A DNA stretch of 64,000 nt, from contig OX597816.1 of the NCBI GenBank assembly GCA_951406725.2, forward strand, positions 80,104,001 to 80,168,000. Reading direction: 5' to 3'. The translations under genes and the position numbers were made by a program. Positions 56,401 to 64,000 of the stretch are shown piece after piece (position 1 is the first letter of the stretch; the number at the start of each line of letters is the position of its first letter). The notes beneath the pieces are model-generated. The model was not told the DNA's origin. It was given only the letters and a program-made list of their open reading frames with translations, and did no database searches. The stretch is from Octopus vulgaris. Taxonomy: Eukaryota.

Positions 56401-57500
56401 AAATTTGCTATTGATCTCGTGCAGGATACCCAAACTGAACAACCCGAGGGAAGTACGGCAACTATTGTTGCAAAGAAGGTGAAAATGATGGCAATGAAAA
56501 AAGCGCACGAGCAATTGGCTGATAGGTGGGAGGAGAAACCTCTGCACGGCAAATATGTGACCCGCAGCAAACAAGCTGATGTTGACCAGAAGCAAACCCA
56601 TCAGTGGCTGCGGAGCTCAGGGCTAAAAGCAGAGAGCGAAGGTTTCATCCTGGCTGCTCAAGACCAAAGCCTATTAACCCGGAACTACCAGGCCAATGTG
56701 ATGAAAAATGGAGCAGACCCAAAATGCCGATTCTGCAACGACATGATTGAAACAGTGGACCACCTAATCTCTGGATGTAAAGTCTTAGCACCAGTGGAGT
56801 ATAAATTAAGACATGACAGAGTTGGCCAATATCTCCACTGGCTAATAAGTCGGCATTACAATATCAAAACTGCCGACAAGTGGTATAATCACCACCCTGA
56901 GGCTGTAACTGAAGAAGAAAATGTAACCATTCTGTGGGACTTTCCAGTACATACAGACCGAACCATCAAGGCCAATAAACCAGATATTGTTGTGAAAGAC
57001 CAAAACAATAAAGTTTGCTTATTGATCGACATGAGCATCCCCTGTGATCATAATATCTCAGCGAAAGAGTTTGACAAGCTCAGAAAATATAAAGACCTAC
57101 TCATTGAAATTGAGAAAATGTGGCATCTCAAGGCGGTTACAATACCAGTGATCGTAGGAGCACTAGGAATGATCAAGAAGGGAACCGAAAATTATATGAG
57201 AATGATCCCTGGCTTACCATCCCTGCAAGAAGTGCAAAAGATTGTCTTAACTGGTACATCACACGTATTGAGAAGAGCATTGTCGATGTGAGAACTGTTG
57301 CTGCTCATGTATTTTAATTTAACTTAAAAAAAAAAAAAAAAAAAAATGAACGAACTACTGAGTTTGGTTTAATGGCCTACCAATATGCACTATGAGTTTC
57401 TTTGCCCTAGGAGTCGGGAAGACACTCGGCAAGAAATGGAAGAAAATTTGAAAGAAGAAAAAAAGTAATAATAATAATAAATAATAATAATAATAATAAT
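53494..57500 (+). mobile_element. R4/Dong-clade non-LTR retrotransposon, apparently full length
   Basis: Long coding region with RT, CCHC knuckle and RLE; begins after TAA repeats and ends in (TAA)n. Confidence 0.93.
53603..57291 (+). CDS. R4/Dong polyprotein (RT plus restriction-like endonuclease), split by one frameshift at about 55210-55214
   Basis: WKSPGKD; PKNYRPITCL restored by adding one A; WIDYKKAFDS, GIFQGDSLSP, LFYMDD, CRFC..H...C, RHD, KPDIV..IDMSIP, KYKDL; about 1230 codons in total. Confidence 0.9.
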
Positions 57501-57974
57501 ATGTTTCAAATTTTGCCACAAGGACAGGAATGTTGGGGAGGGGCGAGTTGATTACATCGACCCCAATGTTCAACTGGTACTTATTTTGTCAACCCCGAAA
57601 AGGTGAAAGGCAAAGTCAACATCGGTTTTTTTTTATTTAAGTGACTCAGTACAGATGGAGACTGACCACAGCTGTTTTCCTAGGACAGCTTCAGGATATA
57701 AGAGGGTAAGGGGAAGGAATTCGATCAGTAAAAAAAATAGTATAAAGATGCAGAAAGTGAAAGTGAGCCTAAAAGAAGTGGTTATAGAAAACAGATGATA
57801 ACATTTGGGGTAGCGAAGGGTTTGTTTAAAGTGGCTAAGCAGAAACTAGTAGACCAAGCTAATGCCATTTGGAGAAAAAAGTGGATGGCTGAATTGGAAG
57901 TGGAATGAATCACAAGGGAATTGGAAAAAAAAAGACTAAGCACTAAAAAAGCAAAACAACAGTTTACACTGAAG

Positions 57975-58678
<704 letters not shown>

Positions 58679-59572
58679 ACCTCTCAATGGCAAATACCCA
58701 ATGAGAGCGAATAATGCCGATGTTGACAAAGACCTTACCCATCAATGGCTAATGGCGTCTGGCTTAAAATCAGAAGGGTTTTTCATAGCAGCCCAAGATC
58801 AATGCCTACCTACAAGGAATTACCTGGCCAACATATTAAAGAACGGCAGCTCCCCAATATGCCGTATATGTCAAAAATCAAAATGAGACCATCGATCATG
58901 TTTCCGTGTGCAGTTTTCTTGCGCCTACAGAATATCTTAACAGGCATGATAGAGCTGCACAATATATTCACTAGGTAATTTGCAAAAACCTGGACTTGTC
59001 CCATGATAAAAACTAGTGGGAACGCAAGCCACCCCCAGTGCTTGAAAATGATCACATTTCACTCCTCTGGAACTTCACCATTCAAACTGACAGAAAGATA
59101 GATGCAAATAGGCAAGCCATCATATTGAAAGACTTCAGACAAAAATCATGTCTCCTCATTGATATGACTATCCCAATCGATATAAACGTATCTGTCAAGA
59201 CCTACCAAAAGCTGAGCAAGTATAAAGATCCTGAAATAGAAATTAGCAAAATGTGGAACCTCAAGACTAAAACAGTACCTAATTTCATAGGTGCCCTAGG
59301 AATGATAGCAAAAGGGGCTGCTTCCTACCTAGCTCAGATACCAGGAAACCCCAAAATGGTAGATATACAAAAGATAGTGCTCATGGGAACTGTCCGTTTC
59401 CTACGTAAAATACTGTCTATGTTATCTCAAATTTTAAAACAAAAATAATTTTCTTGCGCAAAACCAAATATTATTATTATTATTATTATTATTATAACAC
59501 CAGCTTGAACTTCTAACTTGTTACCTCTTGAGGTTTCTGAAGTCAACTCGTACAAATACAAAGCAAAGCTCA
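58679..59572 (+). mobile_element. R4/Dong 3' fragment (subfamily C)
   Basis: PLNGKYP..THQWLMASGLKSEGFFIAAQDQ..CRIC..LWNFTIQTDRKIDANR..IDMTIP..KYKD. Confidence 0.88.
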
Positions 59573-59582
59573 AATAATAATG

Positions 59583-59720
<138 letters not shown>

Positions 59721-59774
59721 TTAATAATAATAATAATAATAATGATGATGATGATGATGATAATTATAATAATT

Positions 59775-60109
59775 TTGAGAGAAGGTGCCAGTCGATTAGA
59801 ACGATCCCGAAAGTATGAAAAGCAAAGTCGACCTCGGCGGAATTTAAACTCAGAAGATAGCGACGGACGAAATACCTATTTCTTTACTACCCACAAGGGA
59901 CTAAACACAGAGGGGATTAACAAGGACAGAAAAACGGATTAAGTCGATTACATCGACCCCAGTGCGTAACGGGTGCTTAATTTATCGACCCCGAAAGGAT
60001 GAAATGCAAAGTCGACCTCGGAGGAATTTGAACTCAGAACGTAACGTCAGACGAAATACAGCTAAGCATTTCGCCCGGCGTGCTACCGTTTCTGCCACCT
60101 CGCCACCTC

Positions 60110-60148
<39 letters not shown>

Positions 60149-60376
60149 CATAATCGACATAAATGTATCTGTCAAGACCTATCAAAAACTCAGCAAGTTT
60201 TGAGAGGAGAAGACTAGTCGATTACATCGACCCCAATGTTTCATTGGTTTAACGACCCCGAAACGATGAAAGGCAAAGTCCACCTTGGCGGAAGTTGAAC
60301 TCCGAACGTAATGACAGACGAAATGCCGCTAAGCATTTCGTCTAGCTGGCTAACGATTCTGCCAGCACACCACCTT
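59775..60376 (-). mobile_element. SINE family 1 copies (one with tandem body)
   Basis: Reverse-complement matches; junction GAAATACC|TATTTCTTTAC at about 59876. Confidence 0.75.
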
Positions 60377-60387
60377 AATAATAACCA

Positions 60388-60450
<63 letters not shown>

Positions 60451-60873
60451 CCCACATTCTACGTAAGATATCAATTCAGTAGAGCAAAACAAATAAAACA
60501 ATCAACAAACACACTCTATACAGTAAATATCCAATGAAATAACCCTCAAAACATGTGTTCAACAGGTCGAATGCCCAACATAACATAACTCATATTACAT
60601 ACGCCACACAATACAAACACTAAGACAACAAAAAACTCGGGACAAACCACATTTCAAAACAAACTGATGCAATATAATACGGAAGGTGCGCGTGTACTCC
60701 CACAAAAATAAAAATAGAAAAAAAAACAAGAACACTCAATGCTGCACACACCTCAGCAACACGAACATGTAGCTGCTGACGTAGTAGAAATTTACCTGAA
60801 CGTATCGAATGTCGAATAATAATATGATGAATGATGATGATGAATGTGATGAATGATGATGATGAATGATGAG

Positions 60874-60990
<117 letters not shown>

Positions 60991-61199
60991 GCAACTTGAA
61001 CTTCTAACTTGTTGTCTCTTGAGGTCTCTGGATGAGACTTGGAGTCAACTTGTACAAATACAATGCAAAAGCCAAACATATAATAATAATAGTAATAATA
61101 ATACATTACGAGTTGTGGCGACACGACCAGGTAGCGAAAGTTATTCCTACCTAGTTCAGATACCAGGAAACTCCAATAACAAGCAGACTAATCAAAATC

Positions 61200-62946
61200 A
61201 ATAGTGGTGTCTTCCACTTAATATTCTGCTTGGCACTGGCACCATTAAGACCATGCTCAACAAAACCGGATATGGATATGAGATCAAGAAGAAAAAAAGG
61301 AGTCATCTATTCTATATGGATGATCTGAAAATGAACTTAAAAAATGACGAACAACAAGAAAGTCTACTTGCTGCTGTTAAAAAGTTCAGTGATGATATCA
61401 GGGTGCAGTTTGGACTGTAGAAATGCCCGAAAGCACTTTCATAAGAGGCAAACTGGCATGTTCTGTGGATATCCACGTAGATACAGAATCAAGAATCCGA
61501 GCACTGGGACCAGGAAGAAGCATATAAATATCTTGGCATAGACGAAAGTAACGACATAAAACATTCAGCAATGAAGAAGATTAGAAAAGAGTACTACAGG
61601 AGAGTACGGTTAGTAACAAAGAGTGAACTCTACACTGCAAACAAAATTGAAGCCATTAACACTCTTGCAGTACCAATCGTAGCTTACAGTTTCAACATAA
61701 TCAACTGGCAAATGAGCGAAATAAAGAAGCTAGACTCCAAGATCAGAAAACTACTAACCATGGCTCGAATGAACTGCCCCAAAAGGGACGTGAACATGAT
61801 TTATTTACCGAGAAGCATGGGGGGAAGAGAACTAACTCAATAAGAATTATCTTACAAAACCACCACTCTAGGATTAAACACATATCTTGAGTTGTCAAAA
61901 GATCGTCTAATGAAGCTTGTGTACCAGCATGATAAAGTAAAGAAGCTATACGCGGTATACAAATAATCTGTACAGTCTAAGAAACAACCAATGACGGAGG
62001 AACCTAGGATGAAGGTGAATGAGAAAGTAACCCTGTTTGCTAAATGAGTTAAGGAAGAGATGAAAAAACAAGCCCAGAAGAAGAGAAAAGGAGAATGGCT
62101 AGAAAAACCGATGCATGGCCGATACCCAAGTAGAGTGAACAAACCAGACATAGAAAAACGAGACATTCACCTATGGATGAAGAGCTCAGGACTGAAGGCT
62201 GAAACTGAAGGTTTATCATAGCAGCACAAGATCAAAGCTTGGCAACCAGAGCTTACCACAACAAAATAATGAACGATGGCACTGACCCGAAATGCAGAAT
62301 GTGTCACGAGCAGGATGAAACAGTGAACCACATCTTAACTGGATGCACAGCGCTTGCAAAAAAAAAAACGAATATATTCATAGGTACGATAGAGTAGCGC
62401 AATATATCCATTGGAGGATATGTAAAGATTACCAGCTACCAACTTCAGAAAGATGGTAGAAGCATAAACCTGAAACTGTGACCGGGAAGGATGATGTAGC
62501 AGTACTCTGGGACATGCCGATCAACACCGATAAAGAAATTAAGGAAAACAGGTCGGACATAATCATCAATGTTAAGAAGAATAAGAAATGCTTAATGATA
62601 GATGTGACAGTACTATCATAGAGAAATGTATCCATTAAAGAAGTTTAAATGTTACTTAAGTACAAAGACCTAGAAATAGAAGTGACCAAGATGTGGGGAA
62701 GGAAAGGCAGCACAGCGCCAGTGGTGATTGGAGCGTTAGAGTTAATTAAAAAGGGCCGTGATAAGCAGCTCAACAAACTCCATTGCAATGTTAACGTGGG
62801 AGAACTTCAGAAAATAGTGTTGCGCACTTTAGGTTCCGAACACATTTTACACCGTGTACTCTCCATGAGATGAGGACCTGCTGTGACCCTAGAGTCAAGG
62901 GATGACCCCGGTTCAGCAGAAGACAACGGACCATATTTTATTTTAA

Positions 62947-62948
<2 letters not shown>
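61200..62948 (+). mobile_element. R4/Dong 5'-truncated degenerate copy (subfamily D)
   Basis: SHLFYMDDLK, KKIRKEYYRRVRLV, LPRSMGGR, LWDMPINTDKEIKENRSDI, KYKDLEIE; many stops; (TAA)n tail. Confidence 0.88.
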
Positions 62949-63027
<79 letters not shown>

Positions 63028-63030
<3 letters not shown>

Positions 63031-63411
63031 CATAATCGACATAAATATATCTGTCAAGACCTACCAAAAAACTCAGCAAGTATAAAGATCTTGAAATAGA
63101 AATTGGCAAAATGTGAAACCTGAAGACTAAAGCAACACCTTTTGTCATAGCCGCCCTAGGAATGATAGCAAAAGGGGCTACATAGTTCAGATACCAGGAA
63201 ACCCCAAAACGGCAGAAATTCAAAATATTGTGAAATCTCAAATTTTAAAATAAACTTATAATTTCCTTATGTTTTCTTAAACATTCTCTGAAGCAATACT
63301 ATGTGTAAAACCAAGCATAACACCAGCATGAACTTCTAACTTGTTATCTCTTGAGGTCCGTGGGTGAGATTTGGAGTCAACTTTTACAAATACAAAGCAA
63401 AAGTCAAACAT

Positions 63412-63412
<1 letters not shown>
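63028..63412 (+). mobile_element. R4/Dong 3' fragment (subfamily C)
   Basis: Homologous to 59175-59572; flanked by (TAA)n. Confidence 0.8.
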
Positions 63413-63460
<48 letters not shown>

Positions 63461-63462
63461 TA

Positions 63463-63494
<32 letters not shown>

Positions 63495-64000
63495 TCCTTC
63501 TTATTGTGGCATAAAGCCAGTAATTTTACATATGGAGAGGGCACATTGACGCCGCCCCCACTTGTATTTATTTCAACAACTCCGAATGAATAAAAGACTA
63601 AGTCGACGGTATTTCAAATCAGAACATAAAGCAGGAAGAAACGCCATTAAGCAATTTGTCCGACGCGCTAAGGATTTTATCAACTTTCCACCTGTAAACG
63701 AGAATGCTTATATGCACCACAAAACCCCAACATCCATTTTAAGAGGAAGATAAATATTACCGTTTGGTGTTAGTAATGCTTCTGTCACCATTAATTTTTT
63801 AAAAATAATTCTTTATATTTTTGTTACAAAGCCAGCAATTCTAAGGTGAAGGAGCAAGTTCATTACATCGTGTCCCGTACTTGTCTGGTAGTATATTTTA
63901 TCTACCTCGAAAGTATGAATGGTATAGTTGACTGTGGTGTCATTTGAACTCGGAACGTGAAAAGCTGGAAAAAAATGCCACGAAGCGTTTTGTTCAATGT

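Overview
AT-rich, microsatellite-dense animal genomic DNA. The SINE families and repeat landscape suggest a coleoid cephalopod such as Octopus (inference, not verified). The only host gene I can support is a clan-2 cytochrome P450 on the minus strand. Three internal exons with intact GT-AG sites and compatible phases are visible (39340-39565, 24388-24683, 16921-17361). I could not find its first exon or its heme-Cys exon, so much or all of the window may be intronic. The rest is transposon-derived: mariner and Tc1 elements, Tx1/L1, CR1 and RTE LINE relics, a nearly intact R4/Dong (RLE) retrotransposon within a same-orientation cluster of Dong fragments in (TAA)n, a Penelope GIY-YIG element and many tRNA-derived SINEs. 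The most interesting signal is non-coding: a ~358-360 nt repeat family at two loci (2223-2620 and 37157-38047). It carries a type I hammerhead ribozyme with a U3/A8 core variant, a palindromic stem III and compensatory changes between loci. It occurs as more-than-unit-length, permuted and partly inverted insertions, which fits a candidate non-LTR retrozyme (circular-RNA retroelement). Several other hammerhead-like motifs with palindromic stem III occur in Penelope-type remnants. Most ORFs in the supplied track are microsatellite artefacts.
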